A stretch of DNA of 64,000 nucleotides, taken from NCBI GenBank assembly GCA_016748015.1, contig JAAOMT010000128.1:1495538-1559537 (forward strand). Direction: 5' to 3'. Below the pieces are notes generated by a model that worked only from the letters and a program-made list of their open reading frames with translations, was not told the origin of the DNA and did not search any database. Of this stretch, positions 11,901 to 23,571 are shown piece by piece. Position 1 is the first letter of the stretch, and every line of letters begins with the position of its first letter. A program made the position numbers and the translations under genes. This DNA is from Geosiphon pyriformis uo1 (Eukaryota; Fungi; Glomeromycota).

Positions 11901-14235
11901 TGCCATTTGGCTTAACCAATACTCCAGCTACATTCCAACAGTTAATGAAAATTGTGTATACCAGCTTATTGTGGAAATCAGTAGTTGTATACTTAGATAA
12001 TATCAATGTGTTCTCAAAAACATTCAATAATCATCTACGTCATTCCAACAAGTGTTCAAAAGACTATGACAAGCAGGATTAAAATTGAATGCAACAAAGT
12101 GTTTTTTTGGCAAAACAGAACTAAAATTCTTGGGATACATAGTTAGCAAAGATGGCATAAAAACAGATCCGAAGAAAATAGAGATAATAAAAAATTTTCC
12201 AATACCAACCAACGTAACTGAGCTGAAATCATTCTTGGGATTCGCAAGCTATTATAGACACTTCATAAAGAACTTTTCAAAGATAACACAACCACTTAAT
12301 GATCTTCAAACCAAAAATGCAAAGTATAAATGAACTGAAACCCAGCAAGAAGCATTTGACATCTTAAGAAGAAAGCTTATTCAAGCTCTAGTATTGATCT
12401 ATTCAGATCATAGTAAACCATTTATTATCACCACTGATGCATCAGGTCAAGCATTGGGAGCAGTACTATCTCAGAGAGGATTGGATGGAAGAGAACATCT
12501 AGTCACATATACCAGCCAAGGTTTGACTCCAGCCAAAAAAAACTATGGAACACCAGAATTAGAACATCTAACAATCTATTAGGCAGTTATTAAATGGAAA
12601 GAATACTTGAGCCAAAAGTTTGAGGTGTACACAGATCACAAAGGATTGACATCACTCCAAGAACAAGAATTTGGAAACAGAAAACAGTCAAGATAGAAAA
12701 TAGCTCTTTTGATATATACTTATACCATATATTATAAAAAGAGAAAGACAATGGAAATTCCAATGGTTTGTTGTGAATGAGACAAATCTAAGAACATTTC
12801 AACCCAAAAATATAACAAAACCAAAACAATACTCATGAAAATATAACAAAAGATGAATACACAAAAATATTAACAACTTTAACATTATATAGATACTTAA
12901 CAGTTTAAGAAGAAATTATCTCAACCAGAACAAAAGAGGATCAAACAACAATCTAAATATTTTATTACTTACCAAAATATACTTTATTGGAAAAATAGAA
13001 AAGATTCAGATCAACCAACCAGAGTAATTACAGAACCAGAAAAGGAGACAATACTGTTCAACATGCACTCAGATCCAACTGCAGGACATTTTCATAAAGA
13101 AGCAACTATGGAAAGAACCAGAAAGAGATACTATTGGCCATCAATGTATCCAGACATCATCCAATATGTGCAAAATTGTGATGCTTGTCAAAGAAGAGGA
13201 AGAACAAGACCCAGTAAACCATTGAAACCAATCAAAGTAGGACAACTATTTGATCATATTGGAATCAATTTAGTCGGACCATTAACAATTACCAGTAGAG
13301 GCAACAGATATATCGCAGTAGTCATGGACTATTTTACTAAATGGCCAGAAGCCAAAGCAATTCAAAAAGCAGATGCAGAATCCATTGCCGAATTTGTCCA
13401 TTAAGATCTGATTTGTCAATATGGATGTCCAAAAGAATTATTATCAGACCAAGGAACTCATTTTGTAAATAGAACATTAGCAGAACTAAGCCAAAGATTC
13501 AGAATTAAGAAACCACTATCATCACCATACCATCCACAAACCAATGGATTAGTTGAAAGATTTAATAGAACATTGTGTGAAGCAATAGCAAAACTCAGCC
13601 AAAAAAACCAGGATGAATGGAATTTGTTTATACCATCAGTATTATTTGCTTATTGGACAATGAAGCAAGACACCACACAAGCAACACCATTTGAATTGAT
13701 ATATGGTAGAACAGCAACATTACCAGTTGAAATAAAGGTTAACACATATCCAACTGAACCAATAACAGAAGAGAATTTCCAAGAAACATTGTTAAGAAAA
13801 ACATATGACTTAATAGAAATATTGGAAAACAAACAAAAAAAAGCAGCTGATAATATACAAAAGTCACAAGAAAAACAGAAAGAAAGACATAATAATCAAC
13901 TACCAGACAAACCAGTTAAATTCAAGATTGGAGACAAAGTACTCTTATATCATACCACAATGGAAAAACAATAGAGTAGAAAATTTGACCCCAAATGAGA
14001 TGGACCATTTCATATAGAAGAAATTCTAAAGAATAGAGCTTACAAATTAAGACTGGATAACAAAATCTTAACCAAAGCAGCACATAGAAATAGACTGAAA
14101 CCATACCACAACATCACACCACCATCTACCAGTAATATTCCACAATTAAAAGTACAGAAGATACTAGTCCAACCAGAGGAGATTCCACAAGATCTGGAAC
14201 CAATCATCATCATTGACAACAACATGTTAAATTAA
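8915..14235 (+). pseudogene. Element B pol: protease 8915-9250, Cys-rich region ~9650-10310, dUTPase 10568-10960, dUTPase-like beta region ~10960-11270, RT ~11520-12250, RNase H ~12390-12770, integrase ~12830-14232
   Basis: LILDSGS; LDLDSGYWQ/MPFGL/YLDN; TDASGQALGAVLSQ/ELE; HSDPTAGH..CDAC, LLSDQGTHF, GLVERFNRTL, DGPFHI. No chromodomain seen. Confidence 0.95.
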
Positions 14236-14259
14236 TTCATCAAAAAAATATATAAAGAC

Positions 14260-14919
14260 ATAGTAAACATGACAAGAAATATCAGAAAAATGGAAATTAC
14301 AAACAACATTCACTCACTAGCACAACAACTCTTTCAATTGATTCAACACCAAGAGATGGAAATTACAATTAATCAACAAACCATTCAATATTAAGACACT
14401 AGAAAGACATCACCACATAGAACACAGAAGAAAACAGAAAATACCATTAACAAAATTATTGTAAAAGTAAAATTAGCAATAAAAAAGTTGACAAAAGAGT
14501 TACTATATCAAGAGTTGACTAAAGAAACTTGGAATTGGTGGATACAACAATTTCCAAGAAACTATTGTTATTTTTACTTGGGACAACACGTGAATATCCA
14601 GAATCTATATATGGATAAAACAAAGCAATTATTTGACACAAAAATACTACAACAATTAGAACATTTTTTGGGAAAAAACAACTTATCTACACAGGCCCGA
14701 GCCATATACCAAATACACATAGCATTTCAGGATCAACCAGAAATTTTACTCAACAAAGCAATGGATACGGTTACCAGTAATCAATTAGAAAAAATCACCA
14801 ATGCTCAATTTGAAGAATTACAGACTCAAATAACACAAGTAATTCTCAAAAATGAAATTCAAGAAATACTTTAAGAAGGGGAATTAACAGAATTAGATTT
14901 TTATGGAGCTCAATATTAA
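14260..14919 (+). pseudogene. ORF3 of element B, ~220-aa unknown helical protein in frame after the pol stop
   Basis: Frame continues from integrase past TAA 14233-14235 to TAA 14917-14919 with two internal TAA codons (likely from CAA). Includes ORF 14488-14874. Confidence 0.8.
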
Positions 14920-14932
14920 AAGGAAGGAATAA
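14918..14932 (+). other. Polypurine tract of element B
   Basis: AAAAGGAAGGAATAA immediately before the TGTTACTC start of the 3' LTR. Confidence 0.85.
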
Positions 14933-15793
14933 TGTTACTCATAGAAATATAGGGAATATATATTAGCATAGTTATTAACCAATCAGAAGTAGATGTAGTA
15001 AAATATGGAATTCTAGGATTCCTCTCAGAAATTGCAGGATTCCAGGAATTACAGAATTCTTACAAGGAATCACAGGATTCCAGAATTTCAGAATTTTTCT
15101 TAAAGAAATTACAAGATTTCAGGATTCCTGTTGTGAAAAATTGAGGAATTGAGGAATCTCAATTATATATATATAGCAGTAGGATTAAAAGCTAAAAAGA
15201 CAGATCTCTTAGTTTAGATTTCATCTGGACAACTTTCTAAACCACAAATAAATAACTGTTTGTTATCTCAAACTTGCTGCCACTATCAACACTTCATGTT
15301 GATAGTAATTGATACTTAACTACACTGGAACAATAACTCTTGATCATGGCTATTGACGGAATACTAACTTGCAAATCACCTTGGCTTATTTCTTTTCTTT
15401 CTTTATTTTTTTTTCTTTTCTTTATTTTTTGCTTTGATTTTATTGTTGTTTACTAACTCTATTGAGGATTAACGTGCAGGTATTGATGTCAGAATAAACG
15501 TGACTGGTAAAAAACCCAGAAATAAAAGTAGAACACTCGATTAAGGATAGCTTACTAGGAGGAATACCAGCTATTAAGCTGAGAAAGAAATTGATGAAAC
15601 TGTGGTTTCGAAAAGCTATGGATAAAACTATTATCATTGAATCTCTGTCTATTATACAAAAAACTCAACCAAACCCTTTGGATACAAACTTTTCAAACAC
15701 AAACCTTCAGATCACTATCAACTGCAACTAGATTTGAGCACTAAGTTATAGGTTTGTTATTTAATCCAACACCAGAAATAGTTACCTGTAACA
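14933..15793 (+). repeat. 3' LTR of element B
   Basis: TGTTACTC...TGTAACA; direct repeat of 5605-6464. Confidence 0.96.
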
Positions 15794-18153
15794 GTAGTAA
15801 TAAGTTTTTTTTTCAGAGCAGCTTCACTAAATAATGAAATGTTGATAGTTTTCTTTAATTCAAAAGGAAAAATAGCATCAAGTAATTTGTTATTAGTGAC
15901 CATTGCTAGTAGAATGTTGCTGGTAAGTGGCTGCTATTGGCTGAGTTCCAGGTTGCTGGATGTGGCATCTTTTGGAGTAACAAGAAGACTTAAATAGTGT
16001 TGGGAATTCGGGTTTTGGGTGTGCCCAGTTCCCAAATTCCACTGACAAGATCCTGTTGGTTGGGCTGATAAATTGGAAATCAGTTGGTAAACTACTATCG
16101 CCAATCTCCAGCTTTGCTGTATCATTCTTGGCCTGTGAGTTTTATTTTGAGATATGGTTTGTAGCAGTGTTTGAATTTGTTGGGGTTGATAGATTACTGG
16201 TGGCTGTAGTTGATAGATTACTTGTGGCTGCAGCTGATAAATTGGAGTTTGATATACTGATGGTTAATAGATTGGCTGTTGTGTTATTGGCAGGTAAGTG
16301 GGTTAATATTGATCTTGACTTGAATAGTAATTTGGTATTTGAACTTTGTGATTGGGATTTTGATATTGATTTTCCAATAGTGGGTTACTATAAAAATGGC
16401 AGTTAGCTCTAATGTGATCTTGTTTATCATAGTTGTAACAGATTCATGTTTTTGGCTGCCATGGTTGATTGGAGAATGATGATAGATGCGACTGATTTTG
16501 GAAATAATTCACATTTCCTGAATTATTGCATCATTGTAGTAGTTAATAAATTGTGCAATTGTCAGCTAAGTATTTCTCTAATTTCTGATTAATTGAATCA
16601 TTGAATTGTTTTAATTTGGAATTTAAGTTAGATGATCTATTCATCACTAGATTTATGGTTTAGGCATGATTAACTTTGAGTTTAGCTGTCTTAAAATCTC
16701 TGGCATTTGTAACTGCAGCTTGAAGGTCTGCTGGGTGCATTGGATGTATGTGTTAGAGAATGCTACTGCACAGGCCTTTAATGAATTGATTTAGGATTTG
16801 TGGTGCTGTAAAATAATCAGCCTGTATAGTCTGGATTTGGTACAGATTTCTGTAGAAGCATCCTAAATAAGTAGTAACTGCTTTATTTTCTCCTTGTTTG
16901 ATGGTGATGAAAGTGTTTGCCAATTGGTTAATGCTATTATTATTACTGAAATATTGTAGGAATGCAAGCTTGAATGTATTAAAGTCTTGGGGTTTGTTAA
17001 TCAAGCTTTGATATCATGAATCAGCAGTATCCTGGAGAAAATAGAAAATGGCTTGCATGGCTTTGGCATCATCTTATCCATTGGCTGCAATGGCTTTTTT
17101 CACATTGTTCAGCCATACTTGGGTGTTGTCTTTTTTACTGGTAAATTTTTCGAGTTTCACTATTGGAGTATAAGTTATTTGATTCAAGTTTATTTGCTGT
17201 GGTGGTTGAAATGATAATTGAATTTAGAGTTGTGGTGGTGGCTGTTGTTATAGAGCAACTAGTGGTGAGTTGATGACGATTACTGGAGGTAAGTGTTGTT
17301 GATTATTAATGTTGGAGTTTCGATTATTTCAATTTTGCTGAGTTTGAAAATTCAGAGTTTCAACTTTCAGATTTTCTAAATTTGAATTTTGCTGAGTCTG
17401 AAAGTTTAGGGTTTCAATGTCCGGGTTTTCTGGAATCAGATTCTGGTAAGTAAATTCTTGATCTTCCAATTCTTCTTCCTCTTCTTTTTGTTCTCCTTCC
17501 AATTTCATTATTTTCCAGAGACTTGCAGTTCTGAAATCTGGTTGGGATGGTGGGAATTGAAGTTCTGATGGTGTGGGCAATTGTGACTTAAATCCTTCAA
17601 AATACATGTCATATGGTCTTAAAAAATCTTCCTTCTTTTGTTTACTCTGAAATGAGAATTGTTCAAATGTTGATGTCATGGTTGATGTGAACATACCTGT
17701 TAATGTGATGTTGATAATGCTTCTGGATATATAGTGGTATGATAGATTTGTTGGTAATTCTATCCTTGTTTTCTTCCAAGTTGGTAGTTATATTCTTTTA
17801 AGCATTACTGCTGGTGTTTATAACCTTCTTTTGCCTTTGTCTGTATAGGTAATAGAGAATTGTTGTTGAGTGTATCTTTTAATGGTTTGGTTGATTTCCT
17901 TGATAATTGGTGCAAAGCTGTAGTTTTTTGGTAAGCTGGTGTGTTGGAATAATTCTGTATAGAAGTTTTCTCTTGCTGATTCAATGTTAACTGTTCTTCC
18001 TAAGCAGTCTGTGATTTTATTGTTGATGTAGAAATTAAAGGCTAATTCTGCTGGGAAGTGGTTATTGTTTAATCTTAATTGTTGGCTATACTGTTGAAAT
18101 AAGAATTTAGTGAATCCTAAATGGTTTGCTTCTATGTTTTTTGGTTTTGTCAT
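15794..18153 (-). pseudogene. Element A gag
   Basis: MTKPKNIEANHLGFTK..., NKPQDFNTFKLAFLQYFSNNNSINQL..., eroded knuckle CYNYDKQDHIRANC; collinear with B gag. Confidence 0.9.
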
Positions 18154-18215
18154 TTTTAGAGGCTTGTTGTTGGTGCTGGTTCTCTGTAGAATTATACCTC
18201 ACAGAAAGCACCAAA

Positions 18216-19084
18216 TGTTACAAGTAATTATTTGGGGTCTTAAGTCAAATAACAAACTCGTAATCTGGTGCTCAATTGATGATGTTAGTGTTGGTAACAT
18301 TTGTAGGTTGTTTGTATCTAAAGGTTTTGGTTAAGTCTTTTGTATAATAGACAGAGATGCAATAATGATTTATCCGTAGCTTTTCAGAATTGCAATTCTG
18401 TCAATTTTTTTCTTCAGCTTGATGGCCAGCAATCCTCTGGTAAGTAATCCATAATTCTTTACATGTTCTACCCATTCACAGGAGTCTTTTACCAGGCAAT
18501 CCTTGACATCAGTAATTCAGCACTTAATCCTTAATCAATTAGTAAACAAAACAAAGAAAAAAAAATAAAAAAAATAAAAAAAAAATAAAAAAAATTAAGC
18601 CAAGACATTTGTAAGTTAGTATCCTGTTAATAACTGTAATCAAAAGCTATTGTTCCAATGTGTTTAAGTATCAATTATTATCAACATGAAGTGTTGATAA
18701 GGGAGAGTGAATTGGAGATATAAAATAATTATCTATTGATATTTGTGATGTAGAAGGTTGCTTAGATTAAATCTAAACTGGGAGGTTTCTAACTAAAAAA
18801 TTCTGCTTTTTTCTCTTTTTAACACTACTGCTATATATACATAATTAAGATTTCTCAATTTCTCAATTCTTCACACCAGGAATCCTGAAATTTTTGGAAT
18901 TCTACAATTTCTTTGAGAAGAATCCTGGAATTCTGGAATTTTGCAATTTCTTGTACTAGAATTCTGAAATTCCTGGAATTCTGCAATTCCTTTTGAGAGG
19001 AATCCTGGAATTCCATATTTACTATGGTTATTTCTGATTGGCTAATTTATGCTAATATATATTTTCTATATTTTATGAGTAACA
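18216..19084 (-). repeat. 5' LTR of element A
   Basis: TGTTACA at 18216 and GAGTAACA ending at 19084. Reverse complement resembles the B LTRs; PBS adjacent. Confidence 0.93.
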
Positions 19085-20220
19085 GTGTTTAAAGAAATAT
19101 CAAATTGGAAAATGTATTATGATTAATATTAATTAAAAGATTCAAATTATCAAACATGACAATATTATCTATGCAGCACTTTTTTTTTAGTAAAATTATT
19201 TCTTTCTTCAACTTACCAACAACTTTGTTAAAAAAATCCAAATAAATCATAAATTTATTAACTTTAAGGCTAAAAACACTGTTTAAAACCAAATTACTCT
19301 TAATAAACTATTCAAACATAGTAACCAAAAAGCCAACAAGCTTAACAATTAACACAATTAATGCAGAAAGTTTGGCCAAATCAGATTCTAAAGAAGACAA
19401 TTAAGACAATACCAAAAAGTTACTAACAATAACAAAAAGAAAAGCAGAAATTATTAAAAAAAACTCTCAAAGAAGCTTAAAAGAGCAAAAGCTTTGACAT
19501 CAAACTTAAAGTTTACAAAATAAGACATAAACATCTTAGGAATCTTGGAAGAAAAAAGTAAAAACACTTTATAATCTACAGTTAAATGGCCTATTTTTTG
19601 ATATTTAAAACAACATCAACAGTCAGAAGTTTTTTATTAAATATGGCACTTTTTTAATATACTAGTTTTAACTATAGCAGTATTTAAATCTACTTAAGAT
19701 TCAAACATAATCAGAGCAAATTAGAAACAATAACCAGAATTAAAAGAGCAAGAAATAAAACATGTTTGACCACCAATCTGAAAAATTATATCATTGATTT
19801 CAAAAACAATACAGCCAGAAAGAAAATTAACCAACTTGGTCTTAAATCTATTATAAAACAGAATAGTCTTATTCTAATTTATTAAAAAAAAATTTTAATA
19901 CTATTTTTGTCTATTAGAACTAATCAATGATTTAAAGCAAACACAACAAAGTCTAGTTTATTAAAGTAAACAACTACATATTGCCAAATACCAGTAGACT
20001 TTAACACAACATGGACAACTTTATTAAACACACTAAGATTTGTCTTAATATTAGCAATAAATATACTTAAAAACATATCATATAGTACAACAACAGCAAA
20101 AAAAAACCAAACTAAGAAACTACTAAAAACTTGACAATTTTAAGAATGGCTAAATAAATAGAGCTTGTAAACTTAACCAAAAAAACAGTTTTTAAAAACT
20201 TTTAAGAAACAAATTCTATA
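19085..20220 (-). mobile_element. Degenerate LINE ORF1 fragment (host site of element A)
   Basis: Minus-strand translation EINDIIFQIGGQTCFISCS and eroded knuckle CFKYQKIGHLTVDY resemble the ORF1 of the other LINEs. Confidence 0.7.
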
Positions 20221-20221
20221 C

Positions 20222-23200
20222 TGTTATTAGAAATTTTTTGTCTCTTTTTTTAAATGTTGTTAATATTTGTTTATTGTTAATTCACAATTATTGAAAGCTA
20301 ATAAATCTCTAATAACTGAATTTATCTTCAAATTATCTCTTATAATTTAAACTGCTGGACTTATAAATAAAATAACCAATTTTATACTAATTATTTTGTA
20401 TAGTTATATTGTGGTAAATATCAACTATTTCTTAGAAATTGTTTATTTAAAAGCTTATTAAAAATATGTAGTTATTTTGCTATAAAAATCAACTTTTTTA
20501 TAAAAATCTTATCTGTAAACTGTTTTAATAATTATAATAAGAAAAAAAATAAAAAAATAAAAAAATAAAAAAAATAAAATTTCATCAAAAGAATTGTTTT
20601 CTATTTAGTGTTATTTATAAAAATTAAGAATTATAATAATAAGTAAAATAGCCAATTAAAAACAGGCATAGTAAAAAAAAAATTTCAAGATTCTTTTTAA
20701 AAAATTGCAGAATTTTAGAATTTTTTTCAAGGAATTACAGAATTACAGAATTTTAGAATTTCAAGATTTTTTTCAAAAGAATTAAAAAATTTCAAAGAAT
20801 CTTATATAACAAAAGTATTAAAAACAGAAAAAGTATTCAATAAAGTTCAGATTAATTTAAAACAACAATACTTTTTTCTTCAAAAAATAGTTTTCTATAA
20901 CTTGAAATAAAATTAGTCTTATATTAATAAAATTATTTATTATTATTTAATCTATATTATCCTTACTTGATTAAGGAAATATTAATTACTTCCATATTAT
21001 TAACACTTTATGTTAATAAAATCTAATACTTAATCACATTAGAACAATAGCTCTTAATTATAGTTATTAACAGAATACTAATTTTTTCTTTTCTTTTTTT
21101 ATTTTATTTTATTTTTTTTGTTTTATTTTTTTGTTGTTTACTAAATTGATTAAAAAATTAAGCATTAAGTATTTAACATCAAGAATAATCTGGTAAAAAA
21201 CTTAAGAACAAAAGTAGAAAACTTAAGAATAACTTACCAAAAAGGCAATACTGCCAGAATAAATTAGCCATCATACTAAAAAAAAATTCACAAAAGAAAT
21301 TATTAATTAAATTTCTGTTTATTATACAAAAGACTCAACCAAAATTTTTAAACTTCAAAACCTTCAGAAATTATCACCATTTTTAACTATTAAGCACCAA
21401 GTTATGGATTTGTTATTTGTTTTAACACTCCAAATAATCACTTATAACATTAGGCTTAAAACTATTAACAAATTACTGAAATTGATAGCTAATTAATTTC
21501 AAAAACATTAATTGAATTTTGGAGAATATTTAGTGTAATTATTTTATAAATTGATTTTCAAAATATATTATTATTTTGAATTGTATTAATAAAGATAATT
21601 CTAAAATAAGATATCTATGATAAGATATATTTTCTCAAAGAGAAAAGCTTTTTTTTATACAACTTATTATAGTATTAGTCTATAAACTTGAACTTTTCTC
21701 TTTGCTATGATTTAGATAAACTAGAAATACATTTTGATGAGCTACAAATTATTTTGACAAACTATTAATTATTTTGGTAAATTATCTATTATTTTGGCAA
21801 ATTTTAGCAAATTCTTGAATATTATATAATTCAGAGTATTATATAATTTTATTATTCTGATTTCTATTATATAAATCAGATTATAAATTAAAATAGTGAT
21901 TTCAATAATTTAATTAAGTAATAAGTAATAATTAAAACAATATTAATATATGCTAATTAATAATAAAAATTATAAAATTAATTTTATGTTAATTAATGAC
22001 TAAAATTATATTAGTAATATAATTTTTTTCTCAAGATTAAGCTCTGTCAAAGTCCAAGCACTATTTGTAATATTGAAATAATGATTTATAATAATTAAAG
22101 TAATTTGGTCTGAAAATTATTGAAATTTTAGTTCTATAAATTTGTTAATATATTGAATCTTTATTGATTAGAGTATTGGGTTTTGTAAAACATTTTTACA
22201 AGTATTGAATAAGTTATAGAGTTTAAAAGCTGTTTTAAGTTTGTAATAAGTGTTTGTTAGTTTAGTTATTGTCTTGAATTTATTGTGAATTTGTTTTTGT
22301 ATAGCTTTGAAAATAAAATTTGTTGTTTTAAGTTCCAGTTTTTGTTTATAAAGTGTTCTTTAAATATAAAAATATATAAAGATAGGAGTATATTTTTGGC
22401 TTTGTTTATTAAAAAACAATTAAAGCTTTTATTAGATTATAATCTTTGGTAAAATGTCAATAGAAACAAATAAAAAGTTTTTTTTTAAAGCTTGCTTCAA
22501 AAGTTTTGGTAATTGAATTTCAAAGTAACTTCTTGTATTCTTTCTATAAGAATAATAAATCTGAGAATTATTTACTACTAGTGTTGTAGTTTTTTTTTAC
22601 ATATAATTAATTTGACTTCTATTGATTATTATGAATAAATCAAGAAGTGTTTTTAATATTACCATTAATTTTTGAGACATTTGTTAAATGTTTCGGGAAA
22701 TAATCATAATAAAAATGATTAAATTAAGACTAAAATTTGAAAAATAAAGAAATATTTTTGGGTATAGAGTTTTTATATCTTTTTGGTTTTCAATTTTTCT
22801 TGTAATTATTTACTATTTTTGTTTTTATGTTTGTGTATATATTAAAAAAATATTATAATAATGGTAAATTAAATGTTTAGTTTTGGTTGTTGTTTTATTA
22901 TAACTATTGGTTCTAAATAGCAAAGAATATTTTTGGGATTAATTAAAGAAGAATGTGTACCAATTTGTGAAATTAATGGTTTAGGTTTGTTTCTGAAATA
23001 ATAGTGCTTTAATCAATCTTCATATGCAATTTTGGCTAGAACTTTGTCATCAAGTTTTAACTTGTATAATTTATTGTCTAAGATTTTGTGAATATAAAAT
23101 GATCTATTTTATTTATGTTCAAATTTTCTACTCCATTGTTTTTTAATCTTAGTTCTGTATAAAAAAACTTTGTTTCCAATTTTAAATTTATTTGTGACTG

Positions 23201-23228
23201 GTGGCAATTTGTTATCATGCCATTTTTT
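20222..23228 (-). mobile_element. 3' remnant of a third Gypsy element C: integrase C-terminus ~22870-23228, eroded ORF3 ~22040-22800, PPT ~22021-22032, 3' LTR 20222-22019 interrupted by a solo LTR
   Basis: Integrase tail ...FKIGNKVFLYRTKIKKQWSRKF...LEPIVII; PPT-LTR junction GAGCTTAATCTTGAGAAAAAAATTA|TATTAC parallels B's GAGCTCAATATTAAAAGGAAGGAATAA|TGTTAC. Confidence 0.7.
20609..21449 (+). repeat. Solo LTR of the A/B family with perfect 4-bp TSD TTAG
   Basis: TGTTATTTATAAAAAT...CTTATAACA; TTAG at 20605-20608 and 21450-21453; eroded GGAATTCC-type array inside. Confidence 0.88.
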
Positions 23229-23571
23229 TTGTTAAGCTTGAGAATGTTTAATATGGGTGGCTGCAATTCATTGTTTTCCTTCCAAAATGCTTAGAAGAGT
23301 ATAAGCTCTTCATTATTAGGATTGGAAAGATCTTTAATTCTTTCAAAAAACGAAAGATGTTGAAAACTCGAGTAAAGTCTCAAAGATCATGAGATAACAA
23401 ACAACAGAACAGACTCCTATAACCAGTTATGGAAAGACTCACCAAAAATTTACTGAGAATATGCAAAAGAGATTGGATCACAAATAAAATGATGATAATT
23501 ACTGATACATCAAAATAAAAAAAAGTATTTACATAGTTTCCTTTAAGCCTTTTTTATTTATAATCTTCCAT

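Larger units (their letters stand above)
5605..15793 (+). mobile_element. Complete Ty3/Gypsy LTR retrotransposon B (~10.2 kb), inactivated, nested in A in opposite orientation
   Basis: Two ~860-bp LTRs, PBS, PPT and gag-pol-ORF3. Flanks ACGG (5601-5604) and GTAG (15794-15797) both derive from a GCGG 4-bp target by transitions. Confidence 0.97.
1..19084 (-). mobile_element. Ty3/Gypsy LTR retrotransposon A (decayed). 5' LTR 18216-19084, gag 15794-18153, pol ~380-5604, ORF3 running off the left edge. Interrupted by element B at 5605-15793
   Basis: Minus-strand fragments in order gag, protease (KLILDSS), dUTPase, RT (LDLDSGYWQ, MPFGLMNAP, YLDN), RNase H, integrase (CIGIDLV, DYLTKWPEAKAI). The frame continues across B: ...KKKLIT|VMYTDAKVDG. 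Confidence 0.95.

Noticed and set aside
11990-12001. YLDN instead of YLDD in the RT of both A and B as a genuine catalytic variant
   Set aside because: GATAAT is readily derived from GACGAC/GATGAT by the pervasive G>A decay; the same D-to-N change is seen in LINE FVDN.
14260-14919. ORF3 as a retroviral-type envelope
   Set aside because: Short and hydrophilic, with no signal peptide, furin site or transmembrane helix visible.
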